Shown here: positions 19,089 to 31,472 of the stretch, piece by piece
How the letters are laid out: the number at the start of each line of letters is the position of its first letter
Position numbering within the stretch: the first letter of the stretch is position 1
Assembly (NCBI GenBank): GCA_050506795.1
Contig: JBJHCF010000003.1
Location: forward strand, 6,380-70,379
Direction: 5' to 3'
From: Opitutia bacterium
GTDB taxonomy: Bacteria; Verrucomicrobiota; Verrucomicrobiia; Opitutales; T3Sed10-336
Length of the DNA: 64,000 nt
Program-made: the position numbers and the translations under genes
The notes under the pieces: generated by a model
What the model saw: only the letters and a program-made list of their open reading frames with translations
Databases searched by the model: none
What the model was told of the DNA's origin: nothing

Positions 19089-19640
19089 TCAGGAGCCTCC
19101 GAGAAGTTTCTCCAGTTCTGCAAGGATGCCGCGCGCCCCGACGCGGTCACCGTCGGGCGGGTGACTGTGCGCCACCACTTCGCCGTCGCGATCGAGGATC
19201 ACCAGGCCGGGGATCGCGCGGGTGCGGTTGCCGGCGGCCGGGACCACATCGTCGAGTCGATCATAGGCCACCGCCGGCCAGGGCATGGGGTAGTCGTTCA
19301 TATACCCGGCCATTTCTTCGACGCTGCGGTCGCGGCTGTAGAAGATCAATTCGAAGTTGCCGTGTTCCTCCTTCAATTCGTTGTACTTCTCGATCAGGTC
19401 GGGCGTGAACTGACGGCAGGGGCCGCACCAGGCGGCGGAGTAATAGAAGACGTAATAATCGGCGTCGTTCAGTGCGCCGTAGTCTTCGACAGGCGCGGTG
19501 CTTTGATTGGTCCCCGAATTGACCAGTGCCCCGTCAAGGGCCAGGGCAACAGGGGAAGCGGGCCGCTCTTCGGCGGTCGCGAAGGGCGCCGCAAGCAAGG
19601 CGAGCGACGCGAACAGGGGAAGCAGTTGCTGTTTCATCAT
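19089..19640 (-). CDS. Secreted thioredoxin-like protein (nucleoredoxin/tryparedoxin type)
   Basis: Signal peptide; FYYSAAWCGPCRQFTPDL...FELIFYSRD...MPWPAV...IPGLVILD. Confidence 0.9.
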   Translation of the reverse strand: MMKQQLLPLFASLALLAAPFATAEERPASPVALALDGALVNSGTNQSTAPVEDYGALNDADYYVFYYSAAWCGPCRQFTPDLIEKYNELKEEHGNFELIFYSRDRSVEEMAGYMNDYPMPWPAVAYDRLDDVVPAAGNRTRAIPGLVILDRDGEVVAHSHPPDGDRVGARGILAELEKLLGGS

Positions 19641-19767
19641 GTACCTGGGTTGGGATTTAGGGATTCGAGGTTGTTTATGAACTCCTCGAGGGATGATGGC
19701 AAGCCGAATTGGCCGACGCCCGGCACGGTGGTTTTTTGCGAGTTTTGATACGCATTTCTTAGCGAGA

Positions 19768-19839
19768 AATCTCAAATTTTAAAATTTTCGATCTGAAATG
19801 CTTTTTTCATGCGGCCTTCCGAGGCCAAATGAAAAAGCC
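19768..19839 (-). repeat. ~70-bp dispersed element with internal palindrome, copy 1
   Basis: Its reverse complement shares AAAAAAGCATTTCAGATCGAAAATTT (26 nt identical) plus AAATTTGAGATT and a GGCCT..AGGC hairpin with 29596-29664. Confidence 0.75.
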
Positions 19840-20009
19840 GCGGGCCGTCAGTTTTCGCACCTCGGCCACCTTTGATTTGCCGTATTGGACGAACTCATGT
19901 GCTCTAATCCTGACCCCTGATACCGGTTTGTGAGCCTTGACAAAGGCATTCCGGTCTGATTTGCTGTTCTGACAGCTTGCCGCAACCTCCATTTGAACCG
20001 GAACAAAAG

Positions 20010-22109
20010 ATGAATATAACTTTCCCCGGCCCGGCAGCCGTCGCGCTGTTTGCGTTCGCCCTTCTGGCGACGCCTCCTGCCGCCCTTGCGTCGACGGAAG
20101 CCGAAGAGGGCGTGGGTCCGGCCTTTCCGATTAGAACGGAAATTGAAATATTGGTCGAAGACGCGGAGAATCTTCTGGCCAAAGTCACCCTCACCTTTCC
20201 CGATACCGGTTACGAAGTAACCGACTGGGGGCAGGTTGTGCGCGACATCGACCGGATTTATGTCTCGGTTGAGGCCGTCCGGGCCCGGGAGAATGTTTGG
20301 CCCATGGAAACGGCTTTTTCCCACGAATACTCCTTCGCTCAACTTGATCCCGGCGAATTCACCTTCGAGGTCTTGTCCCGCGGCGAGCGCCTTGCGGCGG
20401 AGGTGTTCGAGGTTGGTATCGAGGACATGCCAACGGCATTCCCTCACCGGACCGACATCGAAATCCACCAGAACGACACGCCCCGCGTCAGAGCCGCAGT
20501 CGGACTAACGTTTCCGCATACGGGTTACATGGTGGTCGATTGGGGAAACGTCGAGCGTGACGGCAGCCGGGTTTATGTCTCGGTCGAGGCTATCCGGATT
20601 GGGAGCTGGTCCTTTCATATGATAACAACCCTGTCCCACGAATACGCCTTCGGCATCACCGTGCCGGGCGAATATACCTTCGAGGTCTGGTCGCACGGGG
20701 AGCTTCTCGGGACGGAATCGTTTGTTGTCGAGCCGTTCGTCCCGCCACCGGAATTCCCCGCCAGCGCAAAAGTGCAGTTTCTCCGGGACGAAGCCCTGGG
20801 CGCGATCGCCGAAGTCACAGTCTCCTTCCATGAGAGTGGCTGGATTGTCCGGGATTGGGGCAGAGTGCTGCGCCGGGGGGGACCCGCGCGCAGTGGCCAT
20901 TTGTGGTTGATTTACGCCACAATCGACCGGTTGGATGACGCCGAACTGGAAAGCCTCTCATTCGACCGCCGCCATATCGTTGAGTCTCGCCACCGGTATG
21001 TCCTTGGCGATATCGAGGAGAGTGGAGAGCATTACCTGCAATTCTTCGTCAATGACCTCGAGCTCGCCAGAGCGACGTTTGTCATCGGCACGACACCCTC
21101 CGGCGACAAGGGCCTTGAGGTGACCGAGCATCCCCTCTTCGGCCTGCGGTCGTTCGAGATTATCAGGGAGGATGACGAACTGATGGGCAGATTGGGAGTG
21201 GTGCTGGGGAACAGCAATGAGGTCATCACCGATTGGGGAGAGCTCCAGAAGGACGGACGGCACCTTTGGGTCGATGTCAAGGCGGAGTATGCCGCCGAGG
21301 TCGGCGCCACGGTGATCCGGACCGAGTTTCACGATTATCCGATCGACGAGCTGCCTCCGGGCGATTACACGTTCACGCTTTACTCGCGAGGCCAGCAGAT
21401 CGGCACCATTCGACATTCCCAGCCGCAACCGGGCAGTCCGGCTGTCGAGCTGACGATTCGGAACGAAGAGGGTGACTATTTTGCCGACTTGGCCTTTGAT
21501 CCGGGAGAGAGTGGCTGGGGCGTCGCGCAGTGGAGCCGCTTGCGCCTTGCAACCCATACCTTTTCCGCCGAGGCCGAGATTGACGAGACCGCGGGAGTTG
21601 ATGCCATCCAGCGTCACAGCTATCGCCTCGGCGCTCTGCACCCGGGGCACTACCGCTTCGCGATCCTGGGCTCCAACGGCTTCGTCAGCCACCACAATTT
21701 ACGTATCGGAGAAACCGATACGACGGTCGATCCATTCGACCAATGGCAGAGAGCCCGGCAGGCGATTGCGGGCGAGGAAACCGAGGGAAGCCTGCTCGAA
21801 TACGCATTTGCCCTTGATCCCAACGAAAACCCGGCCAGTCCGGTGCGCATCATTCGGCGGAACGGCAGCAATGGCGGCACACGGTTCGCCGTCATCTATC
21901 GCGAACCGACTACAGCCGCCGATCTCAAATACGTGGTTGAGGCCTCCCGGGATCTCTTGGAGTGGAAGGATATTACCGCTCAGACGTTGGTACGCCAGAC
22001 CACGATCGCGCCTGACGGAACGCCGGTGCGCGAACTGGAGCTGCCGGAGGACGACCACCCGAATCGTTTCCTGCGGGTGCGCGCGATCCGCTCGCCCCGG
22101 GAACAGTAA
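20010..22109 (+). CDS. Secreted protein with five ~95-aa beta-rich repeats plus the recurring C-terminal domain
   Basis: Signal peptide; repeats with (V/I)xDWG...HEY...PGxYTF; tail LLEYAFALDP...YVVEASRDLLEW...RFLRVR. The ORF track opens at 19977; ATG 20010 preferred. Confidence 0.8.
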   Translation: MNITFPGPAAVALFAFALLATPPAALASTEAEEGVGPAFPIRTEIEILVEDAENLLAKVTLTFPDTGYEVTDWGQVVRDIDRIYVSVEAVRARENVWPMETAFSHEYSFAQLDPGEFTFEVLSRGERLAAEVFEVGIEDMPTAFPHRTDIEIHQNDTPRVRAAVGLTFPHTGYMVVDWGNVERDGSRVYVSVEAIRIGSWSFHMITTLSHEYAFGITVPGEYTFEVWSHGELLGTESFVVEPFVPPPEFPASAKVQFLRDEALGAIAEVTVSFHESGWIVRDWGRVLRRGGPARSGHLWLIYATIDRLDDAELESLSFDRRHIVESRHRYVLGDIEESGEHYLQFFVNDLELARATFVIGTTPSGDKGLEVTEHPLFGLRSFEIIREDDELMGRLGVVLGNSNEVITDWGELQKDGRHLWVDVKAEYAAEVGATVIRTEFHDYPIDELPPGDYTFTLYSRGQQIGTIRHSQPQPGSPAVELTIRNEEGDYFADLAFDPGESGWGVAQWSRLRLATHTFSAEAEIDETAGVDAIQRHSYRLGALHPGHYRFAILGSNGFVSHHNLRIGETDTTVDPFDQWQRARQAIAGEETEGSLLEYAFALDPNENPASPVRIIRRNGSNGGTRFAVIYREPTTAADLKYVVEASRDLLEWKDITAQTLVRQTTIAPDGTPVRELELPEDDHPNRFLRVRAIRSPREQ

Positions 22110-22390
22110 GCAATATTGAGCTCGCCGACGTCCGGGCGCCACAACGGGAGGGGAACTACGATCACGCGGATCCGCGCGAATCTTTTTTTGGAGGCGAAGC
22201 TGAGCGGGGGTTAAGGATAAATAGCCCAAACCAACATACGGGTCAGGTGGCGGATGATCCATGCGGGCTGGTATTTGTCGAAATCAGCAAGGCCACGGGG
22301 AGGCAGCAGGTTGAATTTAAAAGAATTGGATTTTGGAGTGGAACAGAGATGTATACTTATATATAAAAACGATAAAATCCTAATTCGACC

Positions 22391-23665
22391 ATGCACCACA
22401 CCCGCAGATCCTTCATTATTCGCACGGCCGCTCTCGCCGGTCTCTCCGTCATCCTGCCGTCGCGCGCCTTCGGTGAGATCAGGCGCACCGCGGCAAACGA
22501 CCGTATCACCGTTGCCGGCATCGGCCTTGGCCCGCGCGGACGGATTTTGTTACACGATTTCCTCGAGCAGCCCGACGTCCAATTTGTCGCAATCGCTGAT
22601 GTCCAGGCTGTCAATCGCGAAATTATTCGCCGTTACGTGAACCGCCACTACGGCAATGAAGATTGTGCGACCTACACCGACATGCAGGAACTCCTCGCCC
22701 GGCCCGACATTGATGCCGTCGTCATCGCCACTGGCGACCGCTGGCACGGCACCGCCTCGATCTACGCCGCCCGCGCCGGCAAGGACATCTTTTGCGAAAA
22801 ACCCTGCTCAATGAGCATAGTGGAGAGCCAGCAGCTCGATTCCGAGGTGAAAAAAGCCGGGCGTATCTACCAGGGGGGAATGCAGCGCCGCAATGTCGAC
22901 AATTTCGAAGTCGCCGTCGATCTCGCGCGATCCGGGAGACTCGGGAAACTCCACACCCTCCACGCCGGCATCTTGCTGCCGCAGCCTGCCAGGCCCGACC
23001 TTCCCGGCGAACCCGAACCCGAGCCCGACGTCGTTGATTGGAACGGCTGGCTTGGACCCGCCCGGCACCGTCCCTACAACCAGGAATACGTCCGCGGGGA
23101 TTGGCGCCACCGCGAGGGACTTTACGCCGGATGGGGTCTGCACGAATGGGCTTCGCACACCGTGAACCTCTGCCAATGGGCCGCCGATGCCGACGACTCC
23201 GGACCCGTCGAGTTTTGGAACGAAGACGACCAACTCTGCGCCCGCTACGCCAATGGCGTAAAGCTTGTGATGCGCCTCGCCGGCTTCAGAGACGAGGGCG
23301 ACTGGCTGGGCCTGGGCACCTGCCCCGTCCGTTTCGAGGGCGAGAACGGGTGGGTCGAAGCGGGCGACCGCGGAAGGCTTGCCCTCAGTGAATCGTCCCT
23401 TCTTCCGGGAGATATGCCGCCTGTAATGAGCGGCACCGATGCCTCGCGGCACATCCGCGAGTTTCTGGATGCGGTAAAATCCCGCGGCGACACCGCCTGC
23501 AATTCCACCATTACACGTCACAGTGAGAACGCCTGTCACGCTGCCGCCATCAGTTGGAAACTCGGACGCAAACTCACGTTCGATCCCGCGACCGAAAGCT
23601 TCCCGGGCGACGCCGAAGCCAACGCCCTCCGCTCCCACACCCGCCGCGAGCCGTTTACAATTTGA
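22391..23665 (+). CDS. Tat-exported Gfo/Idh/MocA family oxidoreductase
   Basis: TRRSFII twin-arginine signal; GIGLGPRG, IDAVVIATGDRWH, DIFCEKP. Confidence 0.92.
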   Translation: MHHTRRSFIIRTAALAGLSVILPSRAFGEIRRTAANDRITVAGIGLGPRGRILLHDFLEQPDVQFVAIADVQAVNREIIRRYVNRHYGNEDCATYTDMQELLARPDIDAVVIATGDRWHGTASIYAARAGKDIFCEKPCSMSIVESQQLDSEVKKAGRIYQGGMQRRNVDNFEVAVDLARSGRLGKLHTLHAGILLPQPARPDLPGEPEPEPDVVDWNGWLGPARHRPYNQEYVRGDWRHREGLYAGWGLHEWASHTVNLCQWAADADDSGPVEFWNEDDQLCARYANGVKLVMRLAGFRDEGDWLGLGTCPVRFEGENGWVEAGDRGRLALSESSLLPGDMPPVMSGTDASRHIREFLDAVKSRGDTACNSTITRHSENACHAAAISWKLGRKLTFDPATESFPGDAEANALRSHTRREPFTI

Positions 23666-23938
23666 GGACAGGCCGCGTTCTCTTGAAATCTTAACCCTTT
23701 CTTCGAGGGTGTTTGCGCTTCGATCCGCAATAGCATTCCGGATTTGCGGGTCTGGACCGTGTGATGCGTTTAACGGATACTTGCGTCCGGCATTAATGGA
23801 GCTAATACCGGAGGCCAATAGGAAATCTTTGTTTTGATGTGAGGAAGGAACAGGTTACTGTTGCCCAGTCTTTTCCGATTCTGGTTTGGGTAAAAGGGAT
23901 TGCCTGCGCGATTCGGGAAGTTACACACTGATTTTTCC

Positions 23939-24628
23939 ATGCAAAATTTCGCTCGATTGTTCCGTTCCTCTCTGGGGAAGAAATATGTGATGGCCGTTAG
24001 TGGATTGATTCTGCTGCTGTTTGTGATCGGCCACTTGATCGGCAATTTGCAGATTTTCGCGCATCCCGACGTGATCAACGCCTACGCGCACTTTCTCCAG
24101 AACATGGGACCGGGGCTCTGGGCGGTGCGGTTGATTTTGCTGATCACCGTGGTGGCGCACATTTGGGCGGCGGTGGAGCTCACCCTTGAAAACAAACGGG
24201 CTCGTCCCGAGACCTACCGCGAGGATGACACCATTCAGGCCAGCTACGCCTCCCGCACCATGCGGATCAGCGGATTCATCGTGCTGGCGTTCCTGATCTT
24301 CCACTTGGCCCACTATACGCTGCAGGTCGTCGACACTGAATACCAGGAAATGTACACCACCCTGGCCGACGGAACGGAGGTCCACGATGTCCATGCGATG
24401 ATGGTGAAAGGATTCCAGAGCGTTTGGATTTCCCTTTTCTACCTGATCGGAGTCGGCTTGTTGAGCTGGCACCTGCGTCACGGATTCGCCAGCATGTTCC
24501 AGTCGATCGGCCTGCGCAACGCGGCCATCGCACAGCCGCTGGAGAAAACGGCGATCGGGTTCGCCATCCTTTATTTTCTCGGCAATGCCTTGATCCCCAT
24601 CGCCGTCCTGGCCGGATGGGTATCCTAA
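23939..24628 (+). CDS. sdhC: Succinate dehydrogenase/fumarate reductase cytochrome b subunit (b558 type)
   Basis: GKKYVMAVSGL..LLFVIGHLIGNL, AHIW, FHLAHY, WHLRHGFASMFQS (heme-ligand His residues); directly upstream of sdhA. Confidence 0.92.
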   Translation: MQNFARLFRSSLGKKYVMAVSGLILLLFVIGHLIGNLQIFAHPDVINAYAHFLQNMGPGLWAVRLILLITVVAHIWAAVELTLENKRARPETYREDDTIQASYASRTMRISGFIVLAFLIFHLAHYTLQVVDTEYQEMYTTLADGTEVHDVHAMMVKGFQSVWISLFYLIGVGLLSWHLRHGFASMFQSIGLRNAAIAQPLEKTAIGFAILYFLGNALIPIAVLAGWVS

Positions 24629-24665
24629 TTGACCCCGGATAACGTTTCTTCCACCGCGACTTTCC

Positions 24666-26578
<1,913 letters not shown>

Positions 26579-26579
<1 letters not shown>

Positions 26580-27337
26580 TGGATCTGAAACTCAGAGTCT
26601 GGAGACAGAAGAACCGGGACGCCGAGGGCGGTCTCGTCGAGTATGACGCGAAGGATATCGATCCGGAAATGTCCTTTCTGGAGATGCTCGACGTCATCAA
26701 CGAACGCCTGGTGGCCGCCGGCGACGAACCGATCGCCTTCGATCACGACTGCCGCGAAGGCATTTGCGGCGCCTGTTCTGCGACAATCAACGGCATTCCC
26801 CACGGTCCCCAGCGGGCTACCACGGTCTGCCAGTTGCACATGCGGCATTTTAAGGACGGCGATGTGCTGACCATCGAACCCTTCCGCGCCAAAGCATTTC
26901 CCGTGGTTCGCGACCTGGTGGTTGACCGGAGCGCTTTTGACCGCATCATCGAAGCCGGTGGATTTGTATCGGTTCGCACGGGCAGCGCCCCTGAAGCCAA
27001 CACCCTCCTGGTGCCCAAGCAGGATGCCGACTGGGCCATGGATGCCGCGTCCTGTATTGGCTGCGGTGCTTGTGTGGCCGCCTGCAAGAATGCCTCTGCC
27101 ATGCTCTTTGTCGCCGCCAAGGCCGGCCACCTGAACACTCTCCCGCAAGGCAAACCGGAAAAGGACCGGCGCGTACTCAACATGGTCGCCGCCATGGACG
27201 AAGCCGGGTTTGGCAACTGCACCAATCAATACGAGTGCTCCGCCGTTTGCCCGAAGTCCATCAGCGAAGATTTCATCGCCCAACTCAATCGCGACTACCT
27301 GAAAGCTTCGTTGAAGAAGTGCCTCACCCGAGGTTGA
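26579..27337 (+). CDS. sdhB: Succinate dehydrogenase/fumarate reductase iron-sulfur subunit
   Basis: [32 protein letters not shown]; TAATG overlap with sdhA. Confidence 0.97.
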
Positions 27338-27506
27338 GCGACAAGGCGGTCCGGGCCTGGAGACCTACTACACCGGAGAGAGCGTAGCGCGCTGGCGGAC
27401 GCGGCCACCGGGCAAAGGCTTGGTGCTTCGGTGGGAGATAATGTTGAAAAGCGAGGGGTCGTACTGAACGCCCTTCGCTTTTTCGTGGATTCGTGCCGGA
27501 GGCCGG

Positions 27507-29363
27507 TCAGTCTTCGGCCGCGGTACCGAGGAGCTCTACCAGAGCGATCTGCATGGAGCCGCCGCCTCGGACGCTCGGGAAGATGACCTGGTAGTGACGG
27601 AAAGCCCGGTCGTTTTCGAATCCGGCGGCCCAGGTGGCGTGACGGCCGGGAAAGGCGTCGACGGATCCGCCGGCTATTTCATGCCAATTCTCTCCGTCAT
27701 TGGAACCATGGATCCGGTAAGCGGACGGATCCCGTTCGGGGGCGTCGTTGGCGCTGGTGAGACGAATGGCCTCGACGACGGCGGGCCGGGAAAGGGTGAC
27801 CTGGAACCCGGTGGGTTCGGAACCGCCGTCAAAATGCAGGTACTTGGTGTTGGTGTCGCCGTCGATGGCGTTGGCGACTCCCTCGTTCCCGGGAGAGTTC
27901 TCATGCGGGATGGCAATGATTTCGTCCGAGGGGTCGGTTACCACGTTCGAGCGGGGATCCGGTTCGAACGGCGGCACCCCTGGGCCCTCATAGCCAAGCG
28001 CCGGGTTGCCGTTGTCGTAGAGTTTGTCCACGGACCACAGGAGACCGCGGGCGACGAAGTCCTGGAAAACCCGATGTTCCATGGTTTCGTTATGGTGTCC
28101 AATCGTGGTGCCGAAAACCCGCACGCCTTCGTACTCGTTGGTCCAGATTACGGTGTGATAACGATCGGTATCCTGGCCGTAGGCGTGGGCGAGGGGGGTG
28201 GCGTTGGCGTAGACCTCGGCGATCTCGTAAAGCTCTCCCCGCGGAGTCTGCCAACCATCCTCGGGGAAGCCTTTCATTATCGGGTGTTCCGGTTCGAGCG
28301 GTTCAACAAAGAACGGACGGTGCGCTTCGTGACGGTGACTGCGCACTCCGCCGAATTCGAACCAGCGGGTGGTTTGGGTGCGGAAGCTGTGAATGGCGCA
28401 GTGCAGGAAAACCGCTGGCACCCCGAGATCAACGTGCATTTCGACGATATCTTCGATCGGTCCGGGGCCGGGGGTGCCGGTAATGCAGAAGTTGTAAACG
28501 ACCACGTCGAAACCTTCCATCCAGTTCTCCTGATTGAAGCGCTCGGGCCAATGATCCGAGTTGGTTCCGGCATCGTGTTCGATGGTCCAGTCGATCCGTG
28601 TCCGGTAACCCAGGCCCTCGGTCACGATAGCCTCCTGGGCCGCGTAATCATGCCAGCCGCCGCCGGTCACGTAAAGGGCGCGGATTGGTTCGGGACGGGT
28701 TACTTCCCGCAGTTCGATATTGCGGTAATGGATGACCGAATCCGGGTCGTGGGCCTGAAGCGCGACGGTTCCGCTGGAGAAACGGCGCGGACCGGTGACG
28801 CCTTCCGGTTCGGTGAAATCCATGACCTGTTCACCGTCGACATTCACGATGATGCGATTGCCGATTACTTTGAAGTGAAGATGAAACCATTCTTCATCGA
28901 CGTGCGGTGCGTCGTCGAGAATGTTGGCCACCGCGTAAATGGATCCGGTTTTGATGCGGTCGCCATGGGTGGCGTTGACCTGAACCTCGTGACCGTGACG
29001 CGGCCAGCCCGTTTCCTGGTATTGGGTGTGGAAAAAGACTCCGGAGTTGGCGCGATAAAAGGTCTTTATATCCATCCGCATCTCGAAATCGGTGAAATTG
29101 GCGCCGCCCACTTCTCCTTCGTAAAAGAGATGCGCCCGGGGGCCGTCGACGATAATTATTCCGTCCTCCACGGAAAAGGAGTCGGGATTTTCGGACGCCC
29201 GCCAGCCGTCGAGGGTTTCTCCGTCGAAGAGGGATACCCATCCGTCGTTGTCGTCGGCATTAAGGGTCACCGCCATCAGTCCGGCCAGGGCCGAAATCAA
29301 GGCGAAGCGGAAAAAGCTGGATCCAGTTAGGATTCTGAAGGGTGTTCTCGTGGTTTTGTTCAT
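27507..29363 (-). CDS. Secreted DUF1080 (3-keto-disaccharide hydrolase) + ThuA-like + F5/8 type C (discoidin-like) protein
   Basis: LFDGETLDGW...ANSGVFF...EVQV...ALQAHD...YRNI; ALYVTGGGWHDY...TIGHHNET; AIDGDTNTKY...YRIHGSNDGENW. Confidence 0.85.
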   Translation of the reverse strand: MNKTTRTPFRILTGSSFFRFALISALAGLMAVTLNADDNDGWVSLFDGETLDGWRASENPDSFSVEDGIIIVDGPRAHLFYEGEVGGANFTDFEMRMDIKTFYRANSGVFFHTQYQETGWPRHGHEVQVNATHGDRIKTGSIYAVANILDDAPHVDEEWFHLHFKVIGNRIIVNVDGEQVMDFTEPEGVTGPRRFSSGTVALQAHDPDSVIHYRNIELREVTRPEPIRALYVTGGGWHDYAAQEAIVTEGLGYRTRIDWTIEHDAGTNSDHWPERFNQENWMEGFDVVVYNFCITGTPGPGPIEDIVEMHVDLGVPAVFLHCAIHSFRTQTTRWFEFGGVRSHRHEAHRPFFVEPLEPEHPIMKGFPEDGWQTPRGELYEIAEVYANATPLAHAYGQDTDRYHTVIWTNEYEGVRVFGTTIGHHNETMEHRVFQDFVARGLLWSVDKLYDNGNPALGYEGPGVPPFEPDPRSNVVTDPSDEIIAIPHENSPGNEGVANAIDGDTNTKYLHFDGGSEPTGFQVTLSRPAVVEAIRLTSANDAPERDPSAYRIHGSNDGENWHEIAGGSVDAFPGRHATWAAGFENDRAFRHYQVIFPSVRGGGSMQIALVELLGTAAED

Positions 29364-29595
29364 GGTCTTTATGGCAGTTCGGCTTTTTGTTGATGATTAT
29401 TGAAGTCGATAATCGGCATTGGTCCCGCTGGTCGAAGCTAATTCGTAACGCCGTGAATAGGTCGCGGAGCAGGGCGAATTCGCGGTCGGGCGCCATGTTC
29501 TTTCGGTGTGAACGGAGATTGGGAGAATTCTATACATCATGCAAGGGAAACCGGTTTTTTCAAGCGGGGAGGACGGGAAACGGGAAGGGGGAGAG

Positions 29596-29664
29596 GGCTT
29601 TTTTATATGGCCTCTGGAGGCTTCAAAAAAAGCATTTCAGATCGAAAATTTGAAATTTGAGATT
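29596..29664 (+). repeat. ~70-bp dispersed element with internal palindrome, copy 2
   Basis: Inverted near-copy of 19768-19839. Confidence 0.75.
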
Positions 29665-29872
29665 CTTCGCTTCGGAACGCGGATCAAAGCTCGCCGATTT
29701 AAAGACCGTGGGAAGGGGGGAGTGGTGTGGAATCTCATTTCGATGGCGACGGTAGTCGAAGTACGCCTGGTATCTTTCACCTGATTTATATAGAGATTTT
29801 CACGAAGGACCTTGGATGGCGGCGGTTCTGTCGCTTGACCTTTCCCCTCGCTTCGATAGGGTTTTGGGCATT

Positions 29873-31462
29873 ATGTCTTACCCGCAATCGAGTATTAGTT
29901 CAGGAGTTGCCGGAATCCGATGGATCCTGGGCGTGTTGTTATTGTGTTCGGCGACCCCGACGATGGGCGAAGCCCCTTTTCGTGCCATTTTTAACGGCGA
30001 GGATTTGACCGGCTGGGACGGCGATGAACGTTACTGGAGTGTTGAGGACGGCGTGATCGTGGGGGCGGCGGAAGCCGGAGCCTTGGATCGCAACACTTTC
30101 CTCATATGGAACCAGGGTGAAGTGGATGACTTCGAATTGCGCTTCCGCTACCGCATCACGAGCGACTGGGCGAACTCCGGGGTGCAGGTGCGTTCGGAGA
30201 GACTGGAAGACTATGTGGTGGCCGGATATCAGCCGGACATTGCCACCGAAGATTGGATCACGGGCATTCACTATGAGGAACGAGGTAGGGGGATTCTCGC
30301 CAGGAGGGGAGAACGTACGGTTATCGACGCGGATGGCGAGCGTACGACCAGCCGCTTCGCTTCTGAAGAGGAATTGTACCGCGAGATTCGTCCGCGCGAC
30401 TGGAACGAGTATCACGTCGTGGCCCGCGGCAATCGGATCACGACCCGGATTAACGGAGTCCGCATGCACGAGGTCGAAGACCATTCGCCCGAAGCCCGTC
30501 GCAGTGGCGTGATTGCCTTCCAGCTGCATACGGGGCCGGCGATGCGAATTGAGTTTTCGGACGTGGAGCTACGAAGGCTGCCGACGGAAGGGCGTCGTAA
30601 AGTGGTGTTCTGGGCCGGACCGCGGAGTCACGGTTTCGGTCACCACGAGCACAGGGCGGGCAGCCTGCTGTTGGCCGAAATGTTGAATCGGCATTTTGGC
30701 GACGAGATTATCGCCACAGTGTACAGCAACGGTCGTCCGGCGGATCCCACCGCGTTCGACAACGCCAATGCACTGGTGATGTTTAGTAACGGCGGCGGCG
30801 GGCATCCGGTGCGACCCCACCTGGAGGAGATCGATGCCCTGGCCGAAAGCGGAGTTGGAATTGGCGCCATTCATTACGCGGTGGAGCCGCATCCCGATGA
30901 TTCCGACTATTTCGAGCGCTGGCTCGGCGGGTATTTTCGTATCCACTGGTCGGTAAATCCGCATTGGACCGCGAACATTGAAACCCTGCCGGAGGACCCG
31001 CTTACCCGCGGGGTGCGGCCGTTCAGTCTTTACGACGAGTGGTATTATCACATGGCCTTTCGCGATGAAATGGAAGGTGTGGTTCCCATACTCAGCGCCT
31101 TGCCGCCGGAAGAATCGCTCAATCGCCCCGACGGACCTCACAGTAATAATCCGCATGTCCGGGAGGCTGTGCTGGAGCGCGGGGAAGCTCAGCACTTGAT
31201 GTGGCGTTCCGAACGGCCCGGCGGCAAACGCGGTTTCGGGATCACCGGCGCTCACTACCACTGGAACTGGGCCCAGGACGACTTCCGCACCGCGGTGCTC
31301 AATGCCATCGTGTGGATTGCCGGGGCGGAGGTGCCGGAAGACGGTGTGCCGTCGCACACGCCCACTCTGGAGGAATTACTGGAAAACCAGGCCTACGACA
31401 TGCCGGAGAATTTCGATCGCGGACAGATCCAGCAGCAACTCGACGCCTGGCGGGAGCGCTGA
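29873..31462 (+). CDS. Secreted DUF1080 + ThuA-like protein
   Basis: IFNGEDLTGWDGD...NSGVQVRS...GYQPD...AFQLHTG; VVFWAGPRSHG..HHEH..G...GAIHYAVE...DEWYY...GAHYHWNW. The ORF track opens at 29816; ATG 29873 preferred. Confidence 0.85.
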   Translation: MSYPQSSISSGVAGIRWILGVLLLCSATPTMGEAPFRAIFNGEDLTGWDGDERYWSVEDGVIVGAAEAGALDRNTFLIWNQGEVDDFELRFRYRITSDWANSGVQVRSERLEDYVVAGYQPDIATEDWITGIHYEERGRGILARRGERTVIDADGERTTSRFASEEELYREIRPRDWNEYHVVARGNRITTRINGVRMHEVEDHSPEARRSGVIAFQLHTGPAMRIEFSDVELRRLPTEGRRKVVFWAGPRSHGFGHHEHRAGSLLLAEMLNRHFGDEIIATVYSNGRPADPTAFDNANALVMFSNGGGGHPVRPHLEEIDALAESGVGIGAIHYAVEPHPDDSDYFERWLGGYFRIHWSVNPHWTANIETLPEDPLTRGVRPFSLYDEWYYHMAFRDEMEGVVPILSALPPEESLNRPDGPHSNNPHVREAVLERGEAQHLMWRSERPGGKRGFGITGAHYHWNWAQDDFRTAVLNAIVWIAGAEVPEDGVPSHTPTLEELLENQAYDMPENFDRGQIQQQLDAWRER

Positions 31463-31472
31463 GGAATTCGGC

